Shown: positions 42,154 to 51,809 of the stretch, piece after piece
Numbering within the stretch: position 1 is the first letter of the stretch
How the letters are laid out: each line of letters starts with the position of its first letter
Origin: Candidatus Latescibacterota bacterium
GTDB taxonomy: Bacteria > Latescibacterota > UBA2968 > UBA8231
Direction: 5' to 3'
Assembly (NCBI GenBank): GCA_965242865.1
Contig: CBDETK010000013.1
Span: 4,096,001-4,160,000 of the forward strand
Length of the DNA stretch: 64,000 nt
The notes under the pieces: generated by a model
What the model was told of the DNA's origin: nothing
The model's database searches: none
The model's input: the letters and a program-made list of their open reading frames with translations, nothing else
Made by a program: the position numbers and the translations under genes

Positions 42154-45100
42154 GGCTGCCTCGTGCGGCGATACAGGGCGTAGCCCAAAAACAGCAGCGG
42201 CCCCGTGCCCACCACGAGGAGCCGCCACCAGCGCTTGGCCTCGGTGCTCTGGAAGGGAAAGCCGCGCGGCGTCGGCCGCCGGGCCTGTAAGGCCGCTAGC
42301 TCCTCGCCATAAGCGTTGGACGCCACGGCGTTGAGCAAGAATTGATCGTGCTGAAAGCTGGCGGCCAACAGGTGCTCGTTTTTGAACATCTCGGAAGAGC
42401 CGATCAGGAGTAGGGCCCCTGCTTGTTGCGGAGGCTCGCCCACGCGCTGGAGCACGGCGCGGCCATCCTCGTCTTCGGCAAAATCGACTTGGGGAAAAGG
42501 CCCGGTAAGCCGCGCAACTAGGGGTTGAGCACCGGGCAGGTACGTCTGCGGGGCAAAGACTTCGGGCGGCAGCCACCCGCCCTGCCAAGGGTACGCCCAG
42601 GCTTGGGGCGAAGTGGAGATCAGGGTCTGGGCCGTTATGCCCGCCCTGCTTAGCTGCGCTGGCTCGAAGGCAAAGCGGTTCCCCCAGATAAAGAGCAGGT
42701 CGCCGAGGTGCCGGGTGATGGGTGAGGTGCGGTCGTAGTGCTGGCCGACGGCGCGGATCAAGAAAGGCAAGGCGACCTTTTGGGGGTCGTACTCGCGCAC
42801 GGCCGTGCGGTTGACTTGGGTTTCTAGCTCGAGGTGCGACTGGGTGCGGTCAAAGAGCACCTCGCGGACCTGTTCTACGCCAAAGAGCTGGAGGTAGCGG
42901 TCGAAGTCTTGGAATTGGGGCTGGGGCCAGTACACCGTTTGAAAGCCCGCCCCGCGATACTGGCGCTGCTGGATGTTGAAGTGCTGCATGGCGACAATGG
43001 CCTTGCCCCCCCGCGCGAGATGCTCGCTCAGCAGCAGCAGGATCGGCCCGGAATCGCGGCGCGGCTGCATCCACAACAGGACATCTACATCGGCCGGCAT
43101 GCTCGGGGTGCGGGGGTTGATGTAGTGGATATCGTAGAGGTAGTCGGCGAGCAGGGCTTTCAAGTCGCTGTACACGTCCGTGCCGCCGGGGGCAATCAGG
43201 CCCTTCTTTTGGTAGTCTTCGAGGGCTTCAGCCGGCGAGAGGCGGGGCAAGTCGGAGATGACGGCCACGCGCATTTTGCGCCCCTGTTGCAGGCTGTGGG
43301 CGGCCGCGGCCAAGAGGAATTCGAGGTGGGGCAGGGTGCGCGAGTCGAGCTGCGGCACGGCCATGCTGCGCCCATTGCCCAGCAGGCGCAGGCCGCTCCA
43401 TACGTATTGGGTGGCGAGCGTGTCGTTGAGGACCCGTTCGGCCGGAAAGGGCACCAACCCCTCGGCCGCGAGGGCCTGTTGCTGGTCGGAGGTCAGGGCG
43501 TCGGGCCGGATCACGCGCACGGGAATGTTGCAGTCGGCGAGCAAGGCGCGGATGCGGTCTTCAGCGTCTTTGAGCGGCCGGGGCATGGAGGCCCGATGCG
43601 TGGCGATCAGCTCGGCGGCTAGGGACGTGCCCTGCAACAAGCGGCCCAAAAGCGGCGAGGGCGTGTTGAGCCGGTCGGCCGTTAGGTCGAGATAGGGCCA
43701 GTGCCCGCGCCAGACGAGCGCACCGACGAGGAGCACCAAGCAGGCCAAGCCGAGTGGCCGGCCCCAACGGCCCGTTGACCAACTCAAGCGGCTGCGGCGT
43801 ACATAGTGTCTAAGGCCGAGGCCCACAAACGCCAGCGGCAGCAAAAAGACCGCAAAGAACCGCCAGAAAAAGCGGGCGAGGGTGCCGGGCGGGATGAGCC
43901 GCTGGGGGCCGCCCTTTTCCACGCGCCCCCTCAGAACGCGCTCGGGTTGGCCGTAGGTGCGGATGAGGTTTTGCAGGAAGACGCGGTGGGCGTAATTGGG
44001 CTGATTGATGATGCCGTCTTGGAAGGGCGACGCACTGGCCAAGACGAACAGCTGCCCCTGCCAAGGGTCGTCCGGCTTGAGCAGGACCAGCAAGTTTTGT
44101 TTGGGCACGGGCAGGCCGCCGGTTAAATCGGCGTCCGTGAAGGGGCCGGTGGGCAGGGGCAAAACGCGGGGGCTTTCAGTGGTGGTGCCGACGATTTCCG
44201 CGTGAAAGCCTTGGGCTTGTACGGCCTGTGGATCGACTTCGAGCGCACTAGCGGCCACGAAGTTAAGCCCGCCGCGCCCGGGTGCGGCAAAGCTCTTCAT
44301 GTTGTAAAAAGCGGGCAGCACCCGCAGGTGAAAGGGCGCGACGACCTCCCCCGAATCGAGGGCGACCGGCCCGGTGTTTTTATCGACGAGCAGGTCCGGC
44401 ACCGGCCGGATGCCAAAGGGCTGGAGCAGGTGCCCCCAAGCCGGAGGCGCGTGATGTACCCAGTAGGCCATCGCGTCCTCGGCCGGAGAATAGCCGATCT
44501 GATAGGTGCTGCCGGCCAGTACGGCGCTGCGGCCCGATGCGAGGAAGGCGAGCAACTGCCGCCCGTGCTCGGGCGTGGCGACCTCGGGCTGAATCCAGAA
44601 CAGCACATCGATTTCCGGGGGGATGGTGGGATCGCGGTTGAGGTCTAGCTCGACGACCGGCCCGGCCTCGTTGAGAAAAGCCGCCAAAAGCTGGAAAGGC
44701 GGCGGGGCCGAGACGCCAAAGGTCGGCTGCGGCGGCTCCTGCCCGGCCTGTAGTTGGGCGATGACGTACTCTTCTAGATAAGGCAGGTGGTCCGGCTCGA
44801 TGCTTTGGACGAGCACTTCGGGTGCGTCGGTGCGGGCGATCACCAGCGAGGACCAGATTTTTTGCTCGGAATGCTCGTCGTGCAACACCCGCCGTACGCT
44901 GAAGGCGGAGGCCCTTTTGCTCGCAGCATAGCCGATGCCGGCGCGCCCGCTCTGGTCTGGGTTGATGACTCGGTAGTCGATGCGGTCGGGTGCTTGGTCG
45001 CGCAGTGCCGACAGGAGTTGGCGGACTCGGGGTTCGAGTTCTTTGAGGTGCGCCGGCATGTTTTCGCGGGCGGTGGCAAAGTAAGTGATGGAGAGCGGGG

Positions 45101-45272
45101 CGTCTAAGGAGCGGAGGTAGCGTTTGGTCGCCGGTGCGAGCGTGGTGATGGCGTCCCCGGCTAGGTCTAACGTCCAACTTCCCGTCAGGTTTAGAAGGCG
45201 GCTGGCGGACGCCACAATGCCCAGTAGGAGGGCGAAAGCCAGCGCCGTTTGGAGCAAGAAGTGCCGCTTCAA
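42150..45272 (-). CDS. GldG-like ABC auxiliary protein with two tandem Gldg domains
   Basis: DL....TTL...T..YL..LD.P..ITYF motif repeated as DLTADRLNT; internal and terminal TM helices; N..FL.N motif twice; TTG start inferred from overlap. Confidence 0.75.
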   Translation of the reverse strand: MKRHFLLQTALAFALLLGIVASASRLLNLTGSWTLDLAGDAITTLAPATKRYLRSLDAPLSITYFATARENMPAHLKELEPRVRQLLSALRDQAPDRIDYRVINPDQSGRAGIGYAASKRASAFSVRRVLHDEHSEQKIWSSLVIARTDAPEVLVQSIEPDHLPYLEEYVIAQLQAGQEPPQPTFGVSAPPPFQLLAAFLNEAGPVVELDLNRDPTIPPEIDVLFWIQPEVATPEHGRQLLAFLASGRSAVLAGSTYQIGYSPAEDAMAYWVHHAPPAWGHLLQPFGIRPVPDLLVDKNTGPVALDSGEVVAPFHLRVLPAFYNMKSFAAPGRGGLNFVAASALEVDPQAVQAQGFHAEIVGTTTESPRVLPLPTGPFTDADLTGGLPVPKQNLLVLLKPDDPWQGQLFVLASASPFQDGIINQPNYAHRVFLQNLIRTYGQPERVLRGRVEKGGPQRLIPPGTLARFFWRFFAVFLLPLAFVGLGLRHYVRRSRLSWSTGRWGRPLGLACLVLLVGALVWRGHWPYLDLTADRLNTPSPLLGRLLQGTSLAAELIATHRASMPRPLKDAEDRIRALLADCNIPVRVIRPDALTSDQQQALAAEGLVPFPAERVLNDTLATQYVWSGLRLLGNGRSMAVPQLDSRTLPHLEFLLAAAAHSLQQGRKMRVAVISDLPRLSPAEALEDYQKKGLIAPGGTDVYSDLKALLADYLYDIHYINPRTPSMPADVDVLLWMQPRRDSGPILLLLSEHLARGGKAIVAMQHFNIQQRQYRGAGFQTVYWPQPQFQDFDRYLQLFGVEQVREVLFDRTQSHLELETQVNRTAVREYDPQKVALPFLIRAVGQHYDRTSPITRHLGDLLFIWGNRFAFEPAQLSRAGITAQTLISTSPQAWAYPWQGGWLPPEVFAPQTYLPGAQPLVARLTGPFPQVDFAEDEDGRAVLQRVGEPPQQAGALLLIGSSEMFKNEHLLAASFQHDQFLLNAVASNAYGEELAALQARRPTPRGFPFQSTEAKRWWRLLVVGTGPLLFLGYALYRRTRQP

Positions 45273-46036
45273 TACTTGGATCTCTGGAGGCTGAGGTAGT
45301 TCATCGAGACGAAAAAGCCGCTCATCAAGGCGAAGTACAGCAGGTCGGCGAGGGCGATTACGCCGCGGCCAAAAGCCTCGTAGTGGGGCAGGACCGATAT
45401 GGTCTCGTACAGCCAAGTGCCCGGCTGGTAGGCCGGCGCGAGGCCGTCGAGGACCTCTACGACTTTTTCGTGCCCGCTGAGTACGAAGAAGAAGCCTAAG
45501 AGCGCGGCGAGCACAAAGGCCACGATTTGGTCGCGGGTCAGGCCGGAGGCAAACAGGCCGAAGGACAGGAAGAGAGCCCCCAACAGCAGGGCGCCGACAT
45601 AGCTCGCGCCGATGCGCCCGAGATCGGGATCGCCGAGGAAGAGCAGCATTAGCACGATGGGCAGGCTACCGGCGAGGACGATGGCGTAGAAGCAGAGGGC
45701 CGCGACGTACTTGCCCAGCACGACTTGCAAGGAGTGCAGCGGCAGGGTCATCAGCAGCTCAAAGGTGTGCTGGGCGCGTTCCTCGGCCCAAGTGCGCATG
45801 GTGATAGCCGGGACAAAGGGGATTAGCAAGAAGGGCAGCGCGGTGAAGTACGGCCCCATATCGACGACCCCGTCGAGAAAAAAGGAGTTCATAAAGGTAG
45901 TGCAAGACAGCACCAAGAAGACCGCCGCGTACGCATAAGCAATGGGCGAATCAAAATACGCTTCTAGCTCGCGGTCAAAGACTATGCGGGTGCCGCGCAG
46001 GCACTCGGTCGCAGACAGGCGTTGGGCGTCAGCCAT
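45269..46036 (-). CDS. GldF-like ABC-2 permease
   Basis: RELEAYFDSPIAY, PAITMR.WAEER...TFELL.TLP, VLGKY, TRDQIVAF. Confidence 0.88.
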   Translation of the reverse strand: MADAQRLSATECLRGTRIVFDRELEAYFDSPIAYAYAAVFLVLSCTTFMNSFFLDGVVDMGPYFTALPFLLIPFVPAITMRTWAEERAQHTFELLMTLPLHSLQVVLGKYVAALCFYAIVLAGSLPIVLMLLFLGDPDLGRIGASYVGALLLGALFLSFGLFASGLTRDQIVAFVLAALLGFFFVLSGHEKVVEVLDGLAPAYQPGTWLYETISVLPHYEAFGRGVIALADLLYFALMSGFFVSMNYLSLQRSKY

Positions 46037-46766
46037 GGGCCGGAGTGGTGGTGCGGACTAGGTGGGCGAAGACGGCTTCGAGGCCCGCCCCGGGCATGCC
46101 GGCGTCCGCGGCCAACTGTTCGACGTGGCCATCGCCGAGCAAGCGCCCTTGGTGGATGATCAACACGCGGTCGGCAATAGCCTCGACGTCGCCGATGATG
46201 TGGGTGCTAAAGAGGATTGCTCGGCTTGGACTGAGCGAACGCAAGGTGTCGCGGAAGGCCAGCACCTGTAGAGGGTCGAAGCCGTGCGTTGGCTCGTCGA
46301 GGAGCAAGATCGGGGGATCGTGGACCATGGCGATGGCTAGGCCGATGCGCTGGCGGAACCCGGTGGAGCACTCTTTGACGCGCTGGGTGAGCACGTCTTT
46401 TAGCCCGCAGAGCGCGACCACGTGCGCCAAGCCCTGCTGCAAGGCATCGCCTTCGAGGCCGCGAGCTCGGGCGATGAAGCGGAGGAATTTATCGACGCGC
46501 ATTTCTTGGTAGAGCGGGGTGTCGCCCGACAGGTAGCCGATGCAGCGGCGCACGGCGAGCGGATGCTCCACCACGTCGAGCCCGTTGATGGTGATTTTGC
46601 CGGCCGTAGGGTGGATAAAGGTGGAGAGCATCTTGAGCATGGTGCTTTTGCCAGCCCCATTGGGGCCGACGAAGCCGACGATCTCGCCTCGGTCCACGGC
46701 AAAGCTGACCTCGTCCACGGCGGTCAAAACGCCGTAGCGGCGGGTGACGGATTCTACGCGGATCAT
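46029..46766 (-). CDS. GldA-like ABC ATPase
   Basis: GPNGAGKST, CSTGFRQRIGLA, LLDEPT.GFDP, FSTH. Confidence 0.9.
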   Translation of the reverse strand: MIRVESVTRRYGVLTAVDEVSFAVDRGEIVGFVGPNGAGKSTMLKMLSTFIHPTAGKITINGLDVVEHPLAVRRCIGYLSGDTPLYQEMRVDKFLRFIARARGLEGDALQQGLAHVVALCGLKDVLTQRVKECSTGFRQRIGLAIAMVHDPPILLLDEPTHGFDPLQVLAFRDTLRSLSPSRAILFSTHIIGDVEAIADRVLIIHQGRLLGDGHVEQLAADAGMPGAGLEAVFAHLVRTTTPAHG

Positions 46767-46778
46767 GCGCGGGTGCTG

Positions 46779-47186
46779 CTACTCCTTGAATACCCCGCAG
46801 CGGAGCATGGACGCGCCGAAATAGGGATTGGCGATTTGGGCTTGGTCTTTTTGCACCCAGTGCGCTCCCTTCTCGCCGTCGGCCATCGGGCAGTACGCCA
46901 CGCCGTAGCCTGCGGGCATTTGGCCCTTCATCACTTCCGCGGACAGCGGCTTGAACGCAGCGCGCACCGCGGCGAGGTCCGCGGCGGACGCGGCTTTTTC
47001 CGCCAGCGGCTTGAGCGTTGGGCTGGCGTTTTGCACCAAGCCTTGCAGTGCTTGGCGCGCTCGGTCGAGATCGTCGGCAGCTAAGGCTTCTTGGGCCGCG
47101 ACGTAAGCGACTAGGGCCGGCGGGGCCGAATCGGGCGAGCTGCAAGCCGCGATGGCGATGAGCAACAGAATGGACAAGTAGCGCAT
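46779..47186 (-). CDS. DUF3347-like lipoprotein (heavy-metal-associated)
   Basis: Lipobox IAAC, ALAADD, R.AFK.LS, YCPMA...A.W.Q...I.NPYFG..ML.CG. Confidence 0.82.
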   Translation of the reverse strand: MRYLSILLLIAIAACSSPDSAPPALVAYVAAQEALAADDLDRARQALQGLVQNASPTLKPLAEKAASAADLAAVRAAFKPLSAEVMKGQMPAGYGVAYCPMADGEKGAHWVQKDQAQIANPYFGASMLRCGVFKE

Positions 47187-47255
47187 GGGAGATTTCTCGC
47201 GGAAAAGGGGGAAACGGAGGAGATGCCGGGCGATGCTGTGCCCACAGGCGACCGT

Positions 47256-47876
47256 TTACATGCCGATCACTATACCCGCTGCTGCAACGACAATTCCGAA
47301 TCCAATCAGCAGGGCGCGGATAATGAATCGCCGGCTGTCTCGCACTTGCTCGGCTACCTTGGCGTTGAGATCGTCGCGACTCGCTTCGAGCATTTCGCTG
47401 TCGTCGCGCAATTGTCGAAACGTTTCCATGTAACCGGACGCCCTCTCTGACGACGACATCTGATCGGACCGTCCACGAGCGAGCAAATTTTGCGCCTTTC
47501 GGGCCTTCACGAGGATGCTGGCATAGTCATCGACTATATCTTTGACGACGATATTCTTGTACTCCTTGCGGAATTGATCTATCGAATCTAGCACCGAGAT
47601 TATTCCTGCCTCTGCGGCTTCGTACATCGCTCGTTCACAATGAGAAACCGCTCTGCGTAATTGCTCGTTGCTGGAAATAGTGCCGCTGTCGTCTAGTGCT
47701 TGGAGAAGATGGTGACCTGCGTATCGCAGCTCGTTGTAGGCGGGAATCGGTATCGCGGCTCGAAACTCAGCGACCTCGCGTGCGAATCTCTCTGAGGTAT
47801 CGTACAGGGCGCGAAGGTCGCTGAGGCGATGAGGGATATCATTCTCCGTCGAAGTCGAAGGACTTGACTCGCTCAT
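47256..47876 (-). CDS. hypothetical helical protein with NELRYAGHH motif and C-terminal TM helix
   Basis: AT-richer ORF; Rx4H-like motif; hydrophobic tail. Confidence 0.65.
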   Translation of the reverse strand: MSESSPSTSTENDIPHRLSDLRALYDTSERFAREVAEFRAAIPIPAYNELRYAGHHLLQALDDSGTISSNEQLRRAVSHCERAMYEAAEAGIISVLDSIDQFRKEYKNIVVKDIVDDYASILVKARKAQNLLARGRSDQMSSSERASGYMETFRQLRDDSEMLEASRDDLNAKVAEQVRDSRRFIIRALLIGFGIVVAAAGIVIGM

Positions 47877-48045
47877 ATTGCTCCTCGATTTCTTCTCGCG
47901 TGACGTACTCGCCGCGCTGCAAGCGAATATTGCCATGCGATAAGCGACTAACGATGCGTCTGTCGGCTAGGCGTCTGTCCTCCTCGGTACGAGTTGTAAC
48001 CTTGGGGCTGTGCAATGCCAAACGGATAAATCGCATAAGACTCAT
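47839..48045 (-). CDS. small hypothetical protein overlapping the downstream gene
   Basis: 68 aa ORF, GNIRLQRGEYVT segment. Confidence 0.5.
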   Translation of the reverse strand: MSLMRFIRLALHSPKVTTRTEEDRRLADRRIVSRLSHGNIRLQRGEYVTREEIEEQYERVKSFDFDGE

Positions 48046-48109
48046 GGGGGCTCTCTTTCTGTGGAAAAAGATGTGCTTATAGGCCGCATGCTGATCGCCA
48101 AGAGCCATT

Positions 48110-48349
48110 TGTTTGGGTCGTTCTATGCCATTGACCTCGAACTCTTCATCGACTCCACATTCTTTGAGAAGCTCTTTTAAGGTCCGGCATCGAAAGCATC
48201 CTCGACAAATAGCTGCATGGCCTCAGAAATCATGCGATGGGCTTCGCCCTTTGTCGTTCCCTGACTGCATACGTCAAAGGGGGGACAACGAGAGACATAG
48301 CCGAGCTCACCTCGCTCTATCTCTATAGGAAACCCCTGGGTGCATTCAT
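48110..48349 (-). pseudogene. frameshifted HicB-like antitoxin
   Basis: RBS AAGGAGG + ATG out of frame with YVSRCPPFDVCSQGTTKGEA..MISEAMQLFVE; a second shift near 48180 separates LKELLKECG; 3' end uncertain. Confidence 0.7.
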
Positions 48350-48414
48350 TGCCTCCTTTGGAATGATTGGGGTTGTGAAGAATTAGGGGCCGGCGCACGG
48401 CCGGCCTCCGTTGG

Positions 48415-48678
48415 CTACTTAAAGTCAAAGGTTGCCTCTTCAATTTGCATGGTGGCTTCATGGATGAAATCCCGGGTCGTCTCAATTCTAGCCTGAAACT
48501 GCTCCAGAGAGCCGACGATGCGTTTTCTGGCAAACCTGTCGCTTGCCATTTGATCTGTGAGGGTCTCAACCTTTTGAATAGTCTGATTCCACGCAGCGTT
48601 GAGATCGATCACCTCATTTTTGGCTTCGGCTAATGCCTCCAGTATCTTCTCGTTGGGATTACTTTGGATTGATGGCAT
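48415..48678 (-). CDS. small helical hypothetical protein
   Basis: 87 aa, RBS GAGGG, followed by a GC hairpin at ~48387-48410. Confidence 0.55.
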   Translation of the reverse strand: MPSIQSNPNEKILEALAEAKNEVIDLNAAWNQTIQKVETLTDQMASDRFARKRIVGSLEQFQARIETTRDFIHEATMQIEEATFDFK

Positions 48679-48908
48679 AACATTTCCCCTCTCGTCGGAT
48701 TAGGAATTAAGATAAAAAAATTTGCGCGTCCTAGGATTTACATATGTTAAAATATAAAATCGTACCTGTCATCGGAAGTTTCTCCAGAAGGGGAATAGCT
48801 CTTTAGCGAATGTAATCAGGTATATTTCTCATGTCAAAAAAGAAGCGTTGCTAGCGGTCAGCCCCCAAGAGAATCTCAACTAGCTAATGTATAAAGGGAG
48901 CAAAAATC

Positions 48909-50363
48909 GTGTCTGAACTCGACCCCTATCTCGGCCCCAACGAAGAAGTGCTGGCCGCGCAAGCGCGCGTCTGTACCGGGCCGCACCAAAGCCGCCCGCT
49001 GGGCCAAAAAGAAGGCGACCCAGACCCGCGGCGCATTCTAGCGCTGATTTTCGCCTCGCTCAAGGGAGCCTTGCCCCGCGCCGAGCAGGCGTCCTCGGCC
49101 CAGCTGGGCGCGTTTTTTGCGGCCATGTCCATTCGCCGCACCTTTGGCGAGCGGACCGGGTGGAGCGCGGCCGAGGTCGAGGCTTTCGACCGCCATGGGG
49201 ACGCGCTGGCGCAGATGCCCGAGGACTTGCGCTTCCTGTTGGGGATGGCCCCTAATTTCGCCGGGTGCGGCGCGGCCGAAGCGCGGGTGGTTGCGGCGTT
49301 GCGCCTCGTTTTGCAGGGCGAGCACCTGCGCTACGAGGAAGTGCGCGGTGCGCTCGAAGCCGTGTTAGCAGACGAGGTGCGCCCCTCGCTGATGGCCGCG
49401 TTCTTGATCGGTCAGCGGATGAACATTGAAAACGAGGAAGAGATTCGCGCTCATCTTGACGCGGTGCTCCCCTCAGAGCAGGTGTCCGCGCTGCAAGTGG
49501 AGGCGTTGACGCATTTTGGCCAGCCCTTTGACGGCGCCGCGCGCTTCTTTCGCCCGACGCTCTTTGTCGCGGCCGTGCGTGCGGCCTTGGGCCGGCCGAC
49601 CGTGCTCCACGGCGTAGCCGAAATGCCGCCGAAGCGCGGAGTCACGGAGGAAGGGGTGCTCGCGGACTTGGGGGCGCGGACCGATCTGCCGCTGGCGACC
49701 GCGGCCCACTGCATTGAAGACCCGGCCATTGGGTTCGCGTACGTGAGTCAGCGCGAGTACGCCCCCGCCGCGTACGCGGTGCGCCATTTGCGCGCTCACA
49801 TTGCCAAACGCCCGCCTTGGGCCACTACCGAGAAGGCCCAGCAGGTGTTCGCCGGCGCGGCTTGGAACGGCATGGTCGCGGGCTTTTACCACGCTGGCTA
49901 CGAAGACAAGCTGTTGGGGTTGATGCAGGAGCGCGGGCTGGACGCCGGGCTGGCGATCAAGGGCGAAGAGGGGAGCAGCCACTATGGGTTGCGCTTGGGT
50001 AAGCCCTCGGACGCTCGGCGCAAGGCCATCAACTACACGCAGGGATTCCGCCGCGTCCGCGGTGCGCTGACGACGGTCGCTGGCGACGTGGACCCGAGGG
50101 ACTACGGCTTTTGCTACGAGCAGAGCCCGCGGCCCGCAGTGGTGAGTGCCCCGGCTTTTGCCGCGCTGGGAGTGGCGGCCCTCAAGGGCGAGCCAGGCCA
50201 CGCGTACGACCGCATCGCGCTCAACGCAGGCTTAATCGACTATTATCTGGGCCTAAGCGCGAGTGCTCAAGAGGGGCTGGCCGAGGCGCGGGAGGCGATG
50301 GATAGCGGCCGGGCGCTGGCCCATCTGGAACGCTACATCAGCCGGTCGCAGGCGTCCAAATAG
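48909..50363 (+). CDS. anthranilate phosphoribosyltransferase-like protein (YbiB-type)
   Basis: AQLGAFF, AAFLIGQR, FDG..R, LHG...MPPK.G, R..I.KRPP.AT.E, KGEEG, IALNAG. Confidence 0.8.
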   Translation: MSELDPYLGPNEEVLAAQARVCTGPHQSRPLGQKEGDPDPRRILALIFASLKGALPRAEQASSAQLGAFFAAMSIRRTFGERTGWSAAEVEAFDRHGDALAQMPEDLRFLLGMAPNFAGCGAAEARVVAALRLVLQGEHLRYEEVRGALEAVLADEVRPSLMAAFLIGQRMNIENEEEIRAHLDAVLPSEQVSALQVEALTHFGQPFDGAARFFRPTLFVAAVRAALGRPTVLHGVAEMPPKRGVTEEGVLADLGARTDLPLATAAHCIEDPAIGFAYVSQREYAPAAYAVRHLRAHIAKRPPWATTEKAQQVFAGAAWNGMVAGFYHAGYEDKLLGLMQERGLDAGLAIKGEEGSSHYGLRLGKPSDARRKAINYTQGFRRVRGALTTVAGDVDPRDYGFCYEQSPRPAVVSAPAFAALGVAALKGEPGHAYDRIALNAGLIDYYLGLSASAQEGLAEAREAMDSGRALAHLERYISRSQASK

Positions 50364-50997
50364 TCGCGCCGAGCTGCCCGGTCGCCAGATAGGTGCGGAT
50401 GGCACTGACCGAGCGGCCGATGCCGTCCATGATCGGCTCGGAATAGGCGGCCAAGGCCGCGGGAGCAATTTCCTGCGGCCTAATTTCGTCTGGGGCCTCT
50501 TGGTAGCGGGCGCGGCCTGAGATGGACGCGGTTCGCCCGCAAACCAAGGCCGCAAAATCGTCGAGCCCGACTTCGACGAAGGCTCCTACTTCTTCGTTGA
50601 ATGCGGTTTCCCCCAAGGAGATGGGCCGCGTACAGAGATAGAAAAACTGCATGGCAGAGCACTCGGGGGCTTGGAGAGGTTGTCGCCCGAGAAAGAGCAA
50701 TTCGGTGGGGGCCAGCGCGATGCCGACTTCCTCGGCAAATTCGCGCCGCGCCGCGGCTAGGGGCGTTTCCCCGGCTTGGATGTGGCCGCCGGCCGGCGCG
50801 TCGAGGCAGCCCAAGTACGGGTCGTCGGGGCGCGAGCGGGTCTGCAATAGGGTGCGGGCCACGCCAGCGTCTGGACGCCAAGCCGCCCAGACAAAGACCA
50901 AGCCAACGCGATCTCTGTCGCGATAGGCAGCTGCGCGGTCCTTGACGCCGATGGCTCGTCCTTGGCCATTGAAGAGCGCGATGAGTTCGTCCGGCAT
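50338..50997 (-). CDS. NUDIX hydrolase (IDI-like subgroup)
   Basis: LLQ.RS, GGHIQAGETPLAAARREFAEEVGI. Confidence 0.85.
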   Translation of the reverse strand: MPDELIALFNGQGRAIGVKDRAAAYRDRDRVGLVFVWAAWRPDAGVARTLLQTRSRPDDPYLGCLDAPAGGHIQAGETPLAAARREFAEEVGIALAPTELLFLGRQPLQAPECSAMQFFYLCTRPISLGETAFNEEVGAFVEVGLDDFAALVCGRTASISGRARYQEAPDEIRPQEIAPAALAAYSEPIMDGIGRSVSAIRTYLATGQLGATIWTPATG

Positions 50998-51004
50998 GAA
51001 GCGG

Positions 51005-51805
51005 CTACAAAAATACGGCCACAAACTGCAAGGCGAATGCGCCGACCGTGGCCAGCAGGCACAAGCCGCCAGCGAGATAAGCCCCCAAGTCCTCGCGCTG
51101 CGAGCTGCGGCTGAAGAGATAGGCCGCCGCGTACCCGCCGACGAACCCCCCGCCGTGCGCCCAGTTATCGACGCCGGGCATCACAAAGCCCATGACGAAA
51201 AGCAAGGCCGCCCACTGGAGAAATTGCCGGGTGAAAAGCTGGGCCCCAGCGCGCCGGCCGTAGGCGATGGGTGCGGCCAAGAGCCCGAAGATCGAGCCGG
51301 AGGCCCCCAGCGTGAGCTCGTGCCCCGCTAGGGTTGAGGCTAGGAAGCCGGCGATGCCGGCGACCGTGAAGATCGCAAAGAGGCGGAAGGGGCCGAAGAT
51401 CTCTTCTACCACCGGGCCGAGCTGGCGCACCCACATCATGTTGAAGAAGATGTGCAGCAGGCCGCCGTGTAGATAGATGGCGGTGATCGGCGTCCACCAG
51501 AATTTATAGGAGAAGATGGGCACGGTGCCGGTGACGCCGAGCTTAAAGCTGGCTTGGATGCTGGGCGAGAGAATCTGCATTAGGCCCTGCGTCTGAAAGA
51601 TCTCCGCTGGATCGAGGGCCAAAGCGAGCAGGTAGAGTACGCCGCAGAACACGGTGATTAAGTGTGGGAAATTTAGCTGGAGGCCGAGCCGGCGCATGGC
51701 GGCTGTCGCACCCCATAGCCCGGGTTTGCGCTGACCGCAATGGGGGCAGATTGCGGCGTCGGAACTGACGATTTTGTGGCAGCGGGGGCAGAGGATGGCG
51801 GCCAT
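51005..51805 (-). CDS. rhomboid intramembrane serine protease with N-terminal zinc ribbon
   Basis: CPRC..CPHC, HGGLLHIFFNM, GASG, DNWAHGGG. Confidence 0.92.
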   Translation of the reverse strand: MAAILCPRCHKIVSSDAAICPHCGQRKPGLWGATAAMRRLGLQLNFPHLITVFCGVLYLLALALDPAEIFQTQGLMQILSPSIQASFKLGVTGTVPIFSYKFWWTPITAIYLHGGLLHIFFNMMWVRQLGPVVEEIFGPFRLFAIFTVAGIAGFLASTLAGHELTLGASGSIFGLLAAPIAYGRRAGAQLFTRQFLQWAALLFVMGFVMPGVDNWAHGGGFVGGYAAAYLFSRSSQREDLGAYLAGGLCLLATVGAFALQFVAVFL

Positions 51806-51809
51806 CGTC

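Noticed and set aside
42154-42588. N-terminal extension of the 472-aa ORF, and similar long extensions at 5769, 7836, 18482, 45416, 51955, 61881
   Set aside because: They overlap neighbouring genes or promoters; downstream starts have RBS or stop-start coupling.
48726-48753. dif-like site GCGTCCTAGGATTTACATATGTTAAAAT
   Set aside because: Arm spacing is one base off the 11-6-11 pattern and the match is partial in AT-rich DNA.
47187-48908. Integrative element boundaries around the AT-richer islet
   Set aside because: Only a 9-bp AAGGGGGAA match near the flanks, with no integrase or tRNA; too weak to call att sites.
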